From the NCBI RefSeq assembly GCF_963853765.1, contig NC_088853.1:52948001-53012000 (forward strand): a stretch of DNA of 64,000 bases, written 5' to 3'. The notes under the pieces are model-generated. The model saw only the letters and a list, made by a program, of their open reading frames with translations, was not told the DNA's origin and ran no database searches. The position numbers and the translations under genes are program-made. Below, one piece after another: positions 40,840-54,400 of the stretch (positions are counted from its first letter, which is position 1; the number at the start of each line of letters is the position of its first letter). This stretch comes from Magallana gigas. Its lineage: Eukaryota.

Positions 40840-40980
40840 AGTCGTACCAAAAATATTCGATTTTTGTTGAGTCGTACTTAGACACATTCGGAATTTTTTT
40901 GTTAAGTCGTTCTTAAAACGGTTAAGGTTTTAGTGAATTCGTACTTAAAGCCATCCGCATTTTGTTAAGTCGTACCAAGA
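40840..40980 (+). repeat. Degenerate ~35-bp tandem repeat (aagtcgtac core)
   Basis: gtcgtac/gtcgttc/ttcgtac recurs five times between 40841 and 40976. Confidence 0.6.
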
Positions 40981-41119
40981 TTTATTCCATTTTTTAAAAT
41001 TTTTGAATTAGTTACTCTTGCATTTGGTTTAAGAACTCTGCCTTTTACAGGAACATCTAGTTTTACTCTCGACATGAACGGAAGACCCACTCGTTGTTTT
41101 GCAACTAGCTTTGCTCTAG

Positions 41120-41790
41120 TTATTCTTTTTTTTTTTCTTACCGATTTTGTGCAGACGATTTCTCGAAGATTGTTGAGTCAATTTCGCTCTAATTTTTAAT
41201 ATTAACGTGTTTTTATCTAAAGCTGATACATTGTTTTTAATTTTTGAAAATACACTTCCGGTCAGAAGTTATTGTGCGTTTACGATTTTAAAAAGTCAAT
41301 TTTGTCTGTCAGGTTTCTCAAAAACGAGTAAAGATATAGGGCTGAAATTTTCAGAGATGATAGAACTACCGTTTTTCTGGTGCACCTCGGTCAAGAGAAT
41401 GTCCGCCGTTACTTCCGGTCGTCATCGGAAGGAAATTTGAAAACAAATGAATGTTCGACTTTTTTTATTTTTTAATATTTTCTTTGAAATTTTTACACCT
41501 TATAGTGACCCTCTTACTAGTTCTGAATATGTTATATGTTTAAAAATCAATCAAGGCATTCTCGAGAAATTAAGCGTCAAAGGTCTGAAGCGAGAGTCCG
41601 AGTAGCTCAGTCGATAGAGTCGTGGACATGGCTCAGGCGACCCGGGTTCAAGCCCCGAGTGCCGCAATTTTTTTTTTTTTACTTTTTTTGCTTAGATCTA
41701 CGATTTTATCTTTAAATTGATAAGTTTAACCCATTCTTTTCAAAAAATCGGACGGACGACCCATTCGTTGTTCGCAACGAGATCGTGTCT
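41120..41790 (+). mobile_element. Non-autonomous Helitron-like element, head-to-tail after the 3' end of another copy; contains a tRNA-like segment at ~41602-41665
   Basis: gaccca(c/t)tcgttgtt(t/c)gcaac hairpin termini at ~41085 (followed by ctctagtt) and ~41758 (followed by gtgtctat). Internal tagctcagtcgatagag…gggttcaagccccg A/B boxes. Confidence 0.45.
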
Positions 41791-42030
41791 ATATATATAT
41801 ATCTTTATAATTTAATTCTGGTTGTAATGCGGCATTTCATTGGATAAAAAAATTTAGTTAAATTTGTATAACCTGGATTGCACTTCACAATGCACCAACG
41901 TCAAAAAAATACTAATCCGCTTGACGTTACGTTTGAATTTTGAACAGATTAATATCATTTTCTAAAGTAAAACGGACTCAATTTGTACAGCAAATTACAG
42001 AAAATTAAATGATATGTAATGAACTCAATA

Positions 42031-42143
42031 TCTACCCAAGTTTTACTCGTATAACCTGGGTTGGAGCAATTTACACTTTTTTATAATCCGCTTCGCTTCG
42101 TAAATTGCCCCAACCCAGGTTATACTCGTATAACTTGGGTAGA
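42031..42143. mobile_element. Palindromic MITE (44-bp inverted arms)
   Basis: tctacccaagttttactcgtataacctgggttggagcaatttac … gtaaattgccccaacccaggttatactcgtataacttgggtaga. Confidence 0.75.
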
Positions 42144-43464
42144 CACCGAGTTCATTTCTTAAATATACTAACATTATATAATATGCACAAGATACCTATA
42201 ACTCTGATTATAGGTGAAATATAAACGAATTTTAGTTGTTGGACAATACTAATAAAATCACTCAGAATCCAGATCGAGTAAGAGACTCTGCACTTCCCTT
42301 TGAAACAATCATGAATAAAAGGACAGGATGTTTTAATATCTTTGGCTGGTATATATTCGTACGCAGTGGTAAAAAGATGCAATGCACAGCCAAGGGAACT
42401 TTCTTCCTTTCTCAAGTCTTGAGATTTCTGAACCCTTGCAAATGTTCACACTCCATCAATTTATACTGCACCCTTGAATACACCATAGCATGACTCCTAA
42501 AAAGAAAATAAACACAGTTTATTGTAGAAATATATATGTACACAAGAGATTGCATCCTCGATATGTCATATATGCCCATCATTAGCTTGACGTAAATGGC
42601 AAATACTGTATATCCAGTTTTCACTTTTTCCGCAGTCATTTTTAGATCGCAAAATATGCAACACACAGAAATATTACCCGTATTGATTGCTGCAGAAAGA
42701 TTTTAAATAGCAAACAATGATTGGTGCAAATTTTAAATAGTTACACATTTTTCCAATTTTAGCAAATTTTGTGACTTTTGTGACACACAAAAAAAACTCC
42801 TGGATTTACGGTAATGTACCTGAAGATATACAAAGGAACTCACATTATGCACTTTCTTGAACCATTTAGATGAATAATTATTTTTTTTATTCTGCTTTGT
42901 TGGTGAATTTTATTAAATGTGCATTTTATGACATATGACCTCAGTACTTACACCACTGCTGTTAAGGCCGCGGGCAACAGTTTGCGAGCCGGTCTGACAG
43001 ATCAACTGTTGCCCGAGACACAGTCAACGACTGTGTTGTTATACCCCTTTTAATCAATAACACGTTTTCGCGGAATGTGACGTCAAGGGTCGACAGTCTT
43101 TGCTAATTGGACAGTGGACCCTCATCCTTGCGAGCCAAGGGTTTTCACTTGTCTCTGCCTCCAAAAGTAATAGATTTGGACCAAAAACTCTTTGATGACA
43201 ACATGAACAGAGATGATTAACCCCTATCTTCTTAAAAAAAGTTTTTACATGATAACAAAGGTGTATGCCAGATATCCTGTAGAATCATTATTGTTCTGGG
43301 GAGATCAATGTTTGTGGATTTCATGGGTAACCGTTGCCAACGATTTAACATCACCACAAAAATAAACACAACCATTTGATTAATACTTTTCATAATAACC
43401 CCGATTACACTACCAAGTAAATTTCATTGACTCCCACGAATAAAAATGATTCCACATTCCACAG

Positions 43465-44230
43465 AAAACTGTTTCTTTGTTTTTGCCATACATCCACCTT
43501 TTCCACGTTTTAAGGCATTTTGAAACTAAACTGATCACGTGTGAGGGAGCGGTGTTCGTCTAATCCGCGAAGTCCGAACAACTTGTAGTTATAATAGAAA
43601 ACTGTATTTAACAAAGAATTTAAAGTTGCACCCCCTAACAAATCTTTTTCCCACAATAACTATTTGTCACCAGCCGAAATATTATCTGCTTGTTTTCTCT
43701 TGAGATCGATTCCTTTCGACGATATTTCTTTCATTCTCGCATCGAGTGTTTGTAAAATCTTTTATCATTATTATCCAAAACGTTCATGTTGGTAACCCCG
43801 TTGTTTCGCATTTATCTCAAAATGTCCGCACAAATTTGGTACAAAGTAGCAGCTGGATTTTCAGACCCGACCTTCAGTCTACATTGTAACACAGAACACG
43901 ACAAAAAATATCTGATTTCAACAATGCAATACAAACAATAAATCATATCAAAGATTCAATCACAGTCCATCCAGTTACACTATCACAACCAAACTTTTAC
44001 TCGAACGAAGCAGCAGAAATAGATCAATAAATTTTCAAGTACGATTTCCGTAGCCATATAACTTCTGGAATTCTCCGCTGTGTCATGTGGCTGCTTCTCG
44101 CGCCCTAGATCGAATGCAACAATCCTTGATTTTCATGATATCAGCCGCGCTCAGAGAAAGAGGATTAGCTGGTAGAATGAAAAGAAATAAACTCTTATCT
44201 TTGAGTTATTCTGTGGTACCTGTAAACCCT
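43465..44230 (-). pseudogene. Crypton-type tyrosine recombinase (DUF3504-like) fragment
   Basis: ENPAATLYQICADILR*MRNNGV.NMNVLD…TLDARMKEISSKGIDLKRKQA…LLWEKDLLGG.TLNSLLNTVFYYNYKLFGLRGLDEHRSL; contains stops and is truncated by a MITE-like insert at ~43270-43462. Confidence 0.8.
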
Positions 44231-44399
44231 GTAAAAGATACATTTATTATAAGAAATGAAGATTGAAATCGTGCTTAATATATGTTCATTACATACACAT
44301 ATCTAATAAACACGAATTTCTCTTCATTTTATGTAGTTCTACATCGTTGTATGTTTTAATGGCGAACAGGTAAACACTCAAGGACTCGGGACTGTAATG

Positions 44400-44833
44400 T
44401 ATGACAACTGGTCTATATCGCTGCTAGATTACTGGCCAAGTACGTAGAGGAAAAGCTTCTCAACTATAGCTTGAACATCTGCTGATGGGCGTTCTGGGAA
44501 CTTGGTTCTGTATTCTTCATCTGTGATGAAGGAGGCAGTATCATACAGCGTGCTGACCATGATGGAGATGTTCATGTGGTTCAGTATGTCCGAATGGTTA
44601 TGCCAATTCTTGAGATATCTTGTATGGATTTCATTGGTCTCTGTTTCCCGTTGATGGTCTTTGTGCATTTCTCTCATCAGTTGAATGATTTTTGTCTGTG
44701 GGGTCTTTCTCATATACACTGTGTTGTCTAATTCAGTTAGTGTTCCTGATTTGTCATTTCTGTTGGTTTTGAACATTTTGGGTGCTATTTTTTCTCTAAT
44801 ATAGAGTTCTCCGTTTTCAGGTTTATTATGCAC
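44400..44833 (-). pseudogene. Fragment of a probable transposase-related protein (family unresolved)
   Basis: 134-aa ORF with TRYLKNWHNHSDI.NH…LYDTASFITDEEY…DVQAIVEK…SSSDIDQLSY, a motif string typical of repetitive mollusc transposase-like ORFs; truncated. Confidence 0.35.
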
Positions 44834-45428
44834 CTCCTCCCTTAAAGGGACTTTGACACGATTTTAGATCAAAAATTATGTTTATTTTTTATGTATAAAA
44901 TGGTTTATATGTGCATTTCAAATTGTTTACCAAAATATTGAATGTTAAAGACAAGTTACAAGCGAAATACAGAGGTAAGAATTGATTGTTATGTAAACTA
45001 AGCTCGAGTCTTTCTTTTTTTACCACCGAAACAAGCCATATACGTTTCACAGCTACCTGGTGACAATAAAACTTCTAAAATTCATGAGTTACGTGAATTA
45101 AAAATGTTAATGATTTAACATGATTAATTTTATAAACAGCTAAATATGTACAGTATTCAAACTCTTTTGTCACCACCATTTTTTCTTATTTGAAATGAGC
45201 AAATGTTAAACGTTAAAAATATCTGATGACAATAAAAATATGCAACGCAGTTGCCGTTATTTGCAAATGTATTAAACATTCATTATTGCCTTTTAGTTAA
45301 CGCATTCATTTGCTACCGTGAAACATTCCTGTATTGATTGCCAAATTTATATCTATAGGAGTATAAAACTTTCCAAAATATTAAAGTATAACTTACTGTT
45401 AAACACTGAACAACATTTATCAAGCCAT

Positions 45429-46696
45429 TTATTTCTTGCATACAAAATTAAATTTTGCTGTACAGTGGACATCGACCCAGCCAACGTATTGGACATGTAT
45501 AGCAGCACAGTGCTCAATGCCACCACCATTGTTGGGTTCCGTTTTATGCCAGTTGTTGTAGCCCAGTTCCTCTGCATTGGACATAGAAACATAACGACCT
45601 TCCTTCTGAATGTCACTGTATCCCAACCAGACACCTTTAGTATAACCTGGAATTAAACAGAGAACGGTAATTGTATTTTCCTTAAGTTTTCCATACATGT
45701 AATACAATTCATAATGTAGCCCTCTTCCGTTGAGGGGGTAAATTATCGAATATTCAGCATTGAAGTTTTCTATGTCATATGTAATGTAATGAAATGTAAT
45801 GTTTTAAACGCCCTTCATTAGCGCAAACCATGACGTATATAAATCTCTAAAATACGATTTGATACATATTATTCATTTCACTTGCCATTTAATTTTTTTT
45901 TATAGTTCCTGTATATAATATACAAATAAATATTAAAAAAACATTTTCAGCATGTCAGATGATTGTCAACAATAAATATAATCCTTAAATTTTATATTAC
46001 CTCTATGTTTGATTTGTAAATCCACCCATGTCTCTTCTATTTTGTTTTGGAATTCCAGCAGACCAGCACCAATGGAGATACAGGATATCTGTTTATAAAA
46101 TAATAAACTACTAGTTTACTTTGATTTCAGTTGAAAAATTTAGAAACATTAGGTCGCGCAGGTACACATTCTACTTAATGAACGAACGATATATAATGCA
46201 TAATAAAATACTCATTCTCACCATAGCGTCTTTAAATGTTGCGTCCCCGGATGAAAAATAATAGCAGCTGTTCTTAAATTGTGCCCATCCTTTTTGACAA
46301 ATTTTACCTTTAAATACAAATTATATTTATTTTGTTCAATATCGGTAATGAAAACTGACATTCAAATAAGGCAAATGAAACTGAAATATTAAGTATATGA
46401 ACGCATTATGGTACGTGTTTTAAAATTCCGTAAAGAAATTTTCGTTACATTTTATTGATGCATTACATGTGCTTCCTTAAAGACCTTGCTTATAGTAGAA
46501 GTGTCTAGTGAGCAAAAAAGAAAGGTTTACGATAAACAAATTCAAAGACCATTTAAAACTATTATACAATTTAAACACTTCATTAGATTCATTGTTTGCA
46601 TACGTGTTGAATAGAACGTGCCAGCAAATAAATACCTGCTGTAGTTTTCGCTAGGACAATGGTTAACACAAATAACAAATGTCGTGAAATATCCAT
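45429..46696 (-). CDS. Secreted single-domain C-type lectin (perlucin-like), 163 aa, intact, 5 exons
   Basis: Exons 46696-46636, 46504-46467, 46308-46222, 46088-46001 and 45646-45429, all GT-AG and phase-compatible (492 nt). Signal peptide MDISRHLLFVLTIVLAKTTA; CQKGWAQFKNSCYYF, VWLG, EPN, EHCA, WVDVHC, FVCK. A TA tract lies just upstream (~46760-46780). Confidence 0.92.
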
Positions 46697-47407
46697 TCTG
46701 TAGATCTGTCACACTCTGTGAATTTCAGTCATTGATCGCGCTAAGACAAGTCCTCTAGGTTATATATATATATATATATATAGGTCGCGTGTCTGGATGA
46801 ACAGCTTGGTTTTATATTACCAATTGAGTACCATAGTAACACGTGTTTGGGTTATATTACTATATTTTCTGCAGACCTGCGGTTAATACAGGGATATCGT
46901 TTTGCAAATATCAAAGTAGAAATATTGTTTTCAAATTAGACAATGATCAATTATAACAAAATATTTCGCTAAAGTTATTTCATCATTATATAAATTTGAT
47001 ATTAAATGACACGGTGGCTAAATGCCAATTAGTGTGGTCCCCTGAATAGACAGTCACATGATATGTCTTGATAGTTCCTTCTGGGAAATCGACTAAATAT
47101 TTTGTACAAGCTATTGTCAAGGGGGAAAAGACGATAGCCAATATTTCACCATTCAAAAAACAATATATTGAAAAACTCCCTACAAAAAAGTGTTATAAAA
47201 TATTTAACACAACTTACCATCAAACTTATGGATTTGAGCTCAAGGCGGATGCCACGGTGTGTAACGTTATTTTAACATATATCTTACCTCTGTAAAATTA
47301 GTATCTTCAATCAATACAATAATTGCAGGTAAATAGCAGATCAATGGCAACTATCTTTACATACCTTCAAATTATTTAAATGTAAAAATGTTATTTCAAT
47401 ATTTTTA

Positions 47408-47539
47408 NNNNNNNNNNNNNNNNNNNNNNNNNNNNNNNNNNNNNNNNNNNNNNNNNNNNNNNNNNNNNNNNNNNNNNNNNNNNNNNNNNNNNNNNNNNNN
47501 NNNNNNNNNNNNNNNNNNNNNNNNNNNNNNNNNNNNNNN
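47408..47539. other. Assembly gap
   Basis: Run of N. Confidence 1.
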
Positions 47540-49319
47540 CAACTATAACATTTATATAAAATTTCATGTCATTCAGGTATTTAGTTGGCCTGTGAAATGT
47601 CCCGTATATAGATCCTGATACATTGTTTTGAGAGAAAAAAATGAAAACCTCCTCCTGGCGGCCCGTAATAAAATAGACAACTGCGGGGGAAATGTAAAGC
47701 AAATCTAGCAAATATTTCTTTACAGCAGGATAGACAAATATAATTATTATCAATTCCGTATCCCCAAAATAAAACGAACTTCTTCATTGTCTACCCGAAA
47801 ATGGGGCAAGAAATTGTTCCTTTCTACGGAATACAATAAAGAAAATGAGCAAGAAATTCAAGAAGTGAGTGAACACAACTACGCAGGCCAGCCAAAGTTG
47901 AACGTGGAAGAACTTTATGTCAAGCACCACCTTTTCTCCATACAATGTTCAACAACAGCGAGTTCTACTACAGATGTTCTTGGTGACTCGACAAATAGTA
48001 ATAACCCAATGAACAAGGTAAAGGAAATTATTTCCTCAGGAGTTATTACTTTGCAAGATTTGTTGAAAAAGTGATGGTGGTACCAGGCCCCGGGGCCATA
48101 AAACTTAGACGAGCTTACCTCTGATTTAAGTTTCACATTAAAACTAGAACTGTCCTAACGGGACTAATACCCCCGCAAGGCTAATTCAAATGGGACAAAT
48201 ACTTGAATAATTAAGGTTTGGAACACATACAAAAACAAATTCTAGAATTGTAAAAAAAAAAATTAGTTTAAAACAAAGAAAAATTAAAATCAAAATTGTC
48301 AGAATTTCACTATAAAAACATATCTATAACAGTAATACATTTACAAATGTATGTATCTGATATTTTTTTTTAAATTTAATTGATTTAAAGAAAAACCAAC
48401 AAAACGACTATAACCCCTTCCTTTGCAGTAAATGGAAATACCGGTAGCCAAGCAATGCTCTACTGTTGATAAAACTTTCAATATCTTTCTAATAAGAGTC
48501 TTGACAGATGGAATTAGTTGTTTCAAATTTTCCTCACTTTCTCCTATGGCACAATGGAACTCCATATCAGAAAATTGATCCCATAGGACTATGATTTTCT
48601 TTGATGAGCTTGTTAAATTTAATAAACTCCCAAAACATTACCATAATTACCATACTATGTAAAAATATGTAAAAAAAAAAAAAGAAAATTTAATATTACA
48701 AACAATTTTAAAACTGCCAAAACACTACAATCATATCAGTAATTTTGAATTTCATTTAAATTAATGCCAATAGGGTCACTTCATCAATTTACTTCACAAA
48801 TAAATTTAAACAACCTCTAAAAATAGTTTAACTTCTTTATTAATAATGATATTATTTATTTCCTTATAATGATAGATTTTTTGGTTTACATGAAACAGTT
48901 TTAAAATAGCCCCAAAACCATCACCCATTTTACAGATTATCAATTTCCCCTAAACACATGCTCCATCTGAACCATGGCTCAGATAATGGCTCCCTTGGGA
49001 CAAATGAATTCAGCCACACTTGTCTTTGATGTTCTTATTAGCTCCTGAGAATTTATCATTGACAAACAAAAACTTTGCATTGTCAGTTAATAGAATACTT
49101 ATAAAAAAAAAAAATTATTAATGAAGACATAAAGACAAAAAACCTCCATCTGGATGTATTCGTATAAATTTATTTTAGAGTGTTTTCTATTAAATAATTA
49201 ATAAAATCTGTAAGGATTACCTCCCTTACTTTTCAACATTTTAGTGTACAATATATAGAAAAAGGAAAATGAAAACTGTCGTAAAATCGTTAAATCTTGT
49301 CTGATCTTAAAAAAAAATT

Positions 49320-49492
49320 GCAGGTGCACATCTTCAGATGGTGTTCAACATCTGTACAAATTTTCAAACTGTTCCATGCAGTAATAAAAAATTCTTTAGG
49401 GGGGATAAAAGTTGCGTCTACAGACAGACGGACAGGGTGAAACCAATATACCCCCCCCCCCCCCCCCTAAACTTCGTTTGCGGGGGTATAAA
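49320..49492 (+). mobile_element. 3' end of a non-autonomous Helentron/DINE-like element
   Basis: acagacagacggacagggtgaaaccaatatacccc…taaacttcgtttgcgggggtataa (microsatellite plus terminal hairpin). Confidence 0.55.
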
Positions 49493-50818
49493 AAGGAACA
49501 TATAATGGTAAAGTGAGACTTAGAATCAAGGAGAAAATTGTTGATATTTTGCGAGTCCCTGTGTAGAGAAATTGATCACGGTTTAGCTCAGGTAAGACTT
49601 GGCAACCTCGCGGTATACATTTTCACCTATCCACATCATCGCGGTTTTGTGATATCAATCTCAGTCAGGTGGAAACCGTTTTCATCCATAACGCCAGTTA
49701 CCTCTCGCTATTTCTTCACATTTCGATCAGCAGAGCACCGTTTAAATTTTATAATTTGTTTAAGTATATGTATGTTCATTTACTAACTGTTAATTGTATT
49801 TCAATCTCTGAATAAAGTTATGTTTTTTATTTAGAAAAAACCCCCTGATATATCACAATATGTAATTTTGGGCAGTACCCATTCGTGGTTTTAATACTAT
49901 CATATATTATATTATGCTGAATGTCTTTATGCAAATACAAATAACAGTAAATCTTACACACAAAAAATTGGCAGTAAACATGAAGACATCATTTTTAATA
50001 CATGTACCTAGTACCATCATCCAGTAAAAAAATGTTAGCTGTTGTTTTGATCTATCTGGCTAGAGGGTATGGTTTAAACCTTCAGAGTTTAATAGTACCG
50101 GTATAGTGTATTTAAGAAATACTTCTTGATAATCAAATTCATGTTATTTACGTGAGCATATAATAATGAATGCATTTTTATATTTTCTTGAGCATATAAT
50201 AATAAATTATGGATACAATTTTATCTTAACCAAGTGATGGGTTGTAGATTGTTTTCCTTTTCAATATGTTTAAGATAATCGCATTTCACAATAGAATGCA
50301 GGTCTTGTGGAATTGCCATTTGGAGCTGACTATTGCCTAGTTTTATGTGGGATTATGCCAGAAGTTGTGACAGTCTTGGCTAGGAAGCTTCAGTGCTTCA
50401 CTTGTCAGAAGGTACATTCCTGCCAAACAAACCATACCCATCCCTACAAAAGGCCACTACAGACACAGTTCCTGATATTGTACTCAAACTCATGAGAACT
50501 ATGGTAGATGAGACATCCACTAAGACTTTTATCTACCACACTCTCTCAAAAAGATCCATACAATTTAGGATCAACGTTGCTCCTCAAGCCACATTTTTAG
50601 ATCCCTTTATTTGTTTAAAATAATCTAGATACTTCATTCTATATCATATTGTAAGCTAATGTTTATAAATTATGTTTAAATCATGCATGTAAATCGTGTA
50701 AGATATAAGTGGTAAATATATGCGCATCTTAATTTATTACTTTTGAAAAAAAATAAATTCATATTCAGTTTTGTCCTGATAAGCAGTACTGGCATATTGC
50801 ACTAAATCACAAATTTAT

Positions 50819-50954
50819 NNNNNNNNNNNNNNNNNNNNNNNNNNNNNNNNNNNNNNNNNNNNNNNNNNNNNNNNNNNNNNNNNNNNNNNNNNNNNNNNNN
50901 NNNNNNNNNNNNNNNNNNNNNNNNNNNNNNNNNNNNNNNNNNNNNNNNNNNNNN
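50819..50954. other. Assembly gap
   Basis: Run of N. Confidence 1.
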
Positions 50955-51463
50955 GTCAACACTGCGTCGGATAAACATAGCATCAATGTCGACCCGGAAG
51001 AATGTCAACACATCGGTGTTGACATTGTTCCGCAACCTTCTGGTTTGGTATGATCTGCTTACTGAATGTCGTTTTTCTTGGTATTATTCGAAAGATTGAC
51101 ATTTAATTGTAAAAAAAACCCTCTGCTTTGGTTTCTTTAAACTTATCTGCTTTCGTGTTTTTATCTTTGGAAGGAGGGTACCCTCCTAGGAAGTATATAT
51201 CGCCACCTTGATAATCATAGTGAAAATGTCGACACGCATATTTTTTGACTTTCGTTTAATAATTCTAATTTTATAAGAATAAAAGAATGAGTGCAAATGT
51301 TAAAGTAGTAAAGAATTGATATAACCTGAAGATATCACAATGATTTTTTCAGTAGTGTTTAAAAGACTTTGGAATTTCTATTTTAACAGGCTCTAAAACC
51401 GGCATTCAAACTGTATATACATTTTGTGACGTCAGGCGGTTTATTTAGCTGGAAAACAATGGT

Positions 51464-54400
51464 CACTGTCGTGTATCCGCGCCGGTAGTGACATGTTTGG
51501 ATAACGTGAAAATGGCGGCATCGTTCGTTTCTTGATAAGTTTTCGTGTTATTTAACGCTTACATTGTTAACTTTTACATTAATGAGATCGTCAAATCTAT
51601 TTAAAAGCATATTCAATCTTTAAATTTCTACGAAGTGTATGTGAAAATTATGTAAATAGGCAGTTTATGTCGATTAATTGTGAACAACGGAACAGGTTTG
51701 GATGACCTTGTTTTTCCAAATAGGATCGGTTTGGATGCGCGTCTGATACGGTTTGGATGTGGTTAATATATAAGAGTTTAAACTGTTCTTTTACTTATAT
51801 TTTCGCGAAGGGGATAGTGCATCGCTACTGTGCGATTACCATGCCCTCACTGCAAAGCATGCTTTCAATATTATGGAGATCGTCGTGTGACATTTGACCT
51901 TTGAATTCACATTGTTTAAAGAAATAAACATACACGTTGAAAGACTTGTATATTTAAGTCAACAAAACTTTATATAAAGTAATTTGAATTTCAATTTTAC
52001 ACAATACAAGCTCAAAATAAGTAAACTTGTCTTAATTATAAAAATTGCATACAGAGTGTTTTACAGACATGTTAAGTCTGTTGCATAATCATTCAATCGA
52101 TATTAATTTAGAAAGATTCAGCCTTACCAAAATCTTTACGACACAAATATAAACATGTGTTTACGACAGTTTTGATTAAGTTATGAGGCTAACTTTATAT
52201 GCTGTAAACGATGTCTGGAAAAAAAAAATTCAAAAGAGATCAGTCAAAAGACAGAATTATTATACCAACTCCAATATCAGCCCGAGGACCGTAGGCCCGA
52301 GGGGTGATATTGGTCAAGGGCTGATGCAGGCTGTGATATGGAAAAGGGGTATCTATTATCATATTTATTACATACTTAGTAAAATGAACTTGAACAATTT
52401 GATTTTAAATATCATGTGAAAGTAGTATGTACATATATTATATAAAAATATATGATCTAATTGTTTTAATAAACATATAGCTACTGAACTGGAATTTCCC
52501 CGGGCTTTAAAAGCTAACTGCTCCAAAACATTTGCTAGCATTTGAAGTTTTCAACTGCACTTAAAAATGTCGACTGTAACAAATGTTTTATATTTAGTCT
52601 GTAAACATGTAGAAATGCCAGCACGAAATGGGCAGACGAGTTCTGCAGGGGGTGTGATACGGATCCATATGAGCCCTAGGGCTAATAACCTGTATCAGCC
52701 ACGGAGGCCGATGCGAGTTGTGTGATGTCATCTGTATCACATATGCCAAAAACCTGTATTTATTACTATTTATATACACTTGTCTAATTTTTTTAATTAA
52801 TAATTGAAATGTCTCCAAACAACTTTTTAGATTGCAACAGCCTTAAAACCGCGCTTTGGCAAATTTTTACGATGACATTTTTATTATTATACTTTCATGT
52901 TTAATACCAACGCGAGTTTTGTATTTTTCTGCAGTATCGCCACCTTAAATTCCCACACGAGTCACCAAAGAAAGAATTTTACTTTTCAATAAACTAAATT
53001 ATAATGTTGTAAATTTTGTTATTCGTTCATTTTCTACGCATGCGCTGTACTTAGGTGCATATGTCCTCTTCGTAAGCATTAGCTTCCATGATTTGTCATT
53101 GCAGTACAAAAGAACTAACTATTGGTTATGGATTTTAACGAACATGTTCATTGTTTTATTTTACATGTACAAAATTATAAACAGAATAGCAATATACATT
53201 GGAAATGAAATCAGCGCAATGTAAAATACCGGTATATTGTGTAATCAATTTTATTATTTTAGTTTGTTCATTGAAAAAATCAACAAAACATCTTGATCAG
53301 TAATAGCGAGCGCAGCGAGGCGGCGCGAAGCGCTGCTCGCGTAGCGAGCTCCATAGACAACGAGCTCCATAGACAACGTGTACGAACGGAGGAAATTTTT
53401 AACGTTTTAATTTCCTGCGATACATTTAGAGGTGGATCAAGCATATGTACTGGATCATGTAGGAAGTACTCAGTATCAGTGTTAACGGTGGCTGATTAGT
53501 TTTGTTTTGATGATTTTTTTTTTGCTTAGTAAATACACATGCAAGGTCCATGCTAAAGTTATTGTCATATTGATCCAATCATATATGCATACGTTAGGTA
53601 GGTGACAAAAAATTATTAAGAAAGAAAGGTCCAATCATTATTAGATCTACGTGCAGCCACGTCATTTTGTAATGAATAGATAAATGAAAAGAATTAAACT
53701 GTTAAAATATCTACCGGTACATGTATTTGTTATATAGTTGCATATGTGGTCAAATAATATTGGATATCACACACTATAAGAAAGGGGTGAGGGCACATGT
53801 CTACAACGCGTATATAGCGTACAAAAATTAAAAAGATTTAAAACAAAATTAATGTCACTGAGGAAAATAATTAAAACACGGGTTACAACAAGGAACAAAA
53901 TGAGAAATAACAAACACAATTTATTTTTACTGATTTTAATGATCATTATTAAAAGGTAAAGAAAAGATAAAACATAATTGTATCTACATAAAAAAACGGC
54001 GTTGTGTTTATCAAAATATTTTAATACAATGTAAGTCTGTTTAACATTTTACTAAGGCTCAGTGGTAGTTTGTTTAAGTGTATAAGACTAGGAAGGGGCC
54101 ATTGGAATAAAAGTTTGATAATTTCGGGTTCCTTGCGGTGGTAAAAGTTTTCGAGACAAAGCCAAAGTTTTTTGGTTAGGGCAAGTCCACGGGTTGCATT
54201 TAACAATGATGACAGAAGTGTGGTTCCTTCTGCGCTCGCCCCAACGGTCACACCGTAAAACATATTATACATAGATACATATTTATCGTTTTGATTTTCT
54301 GGTGAAAATTATGATTTAAAAAATGGCGACGTTTACTCAGGTCTCGTCATCACTTGGATTTTTGGACCAACTATTTTTAACAACAGAGTAAATATGACTT

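Noticed and set aside
41602-41665. Possible tRNA gene
   Set aside because: A and B boxes are present, but there is no convincing anticodon arm or acceptor stem, and it lies inside a repeat. Treated as tRNA-derived.
44838-45300. ttaa-agggac start suggesting a non-autonomous Kolobok element
   Set aside because: No matching right terminus was found, so it cannot be delimited.
47388-47753. ORFs spanning X runs (also 50802-51035)
   Set aside because: Artefacts of assembly gaps.
47068-50623. Exon-like fragments (47068-47295, 47787-48074, 48341-48565, 50307-50623)
   Set aside because: No recognisable motif or consistent splice chain could be assembled by eye.
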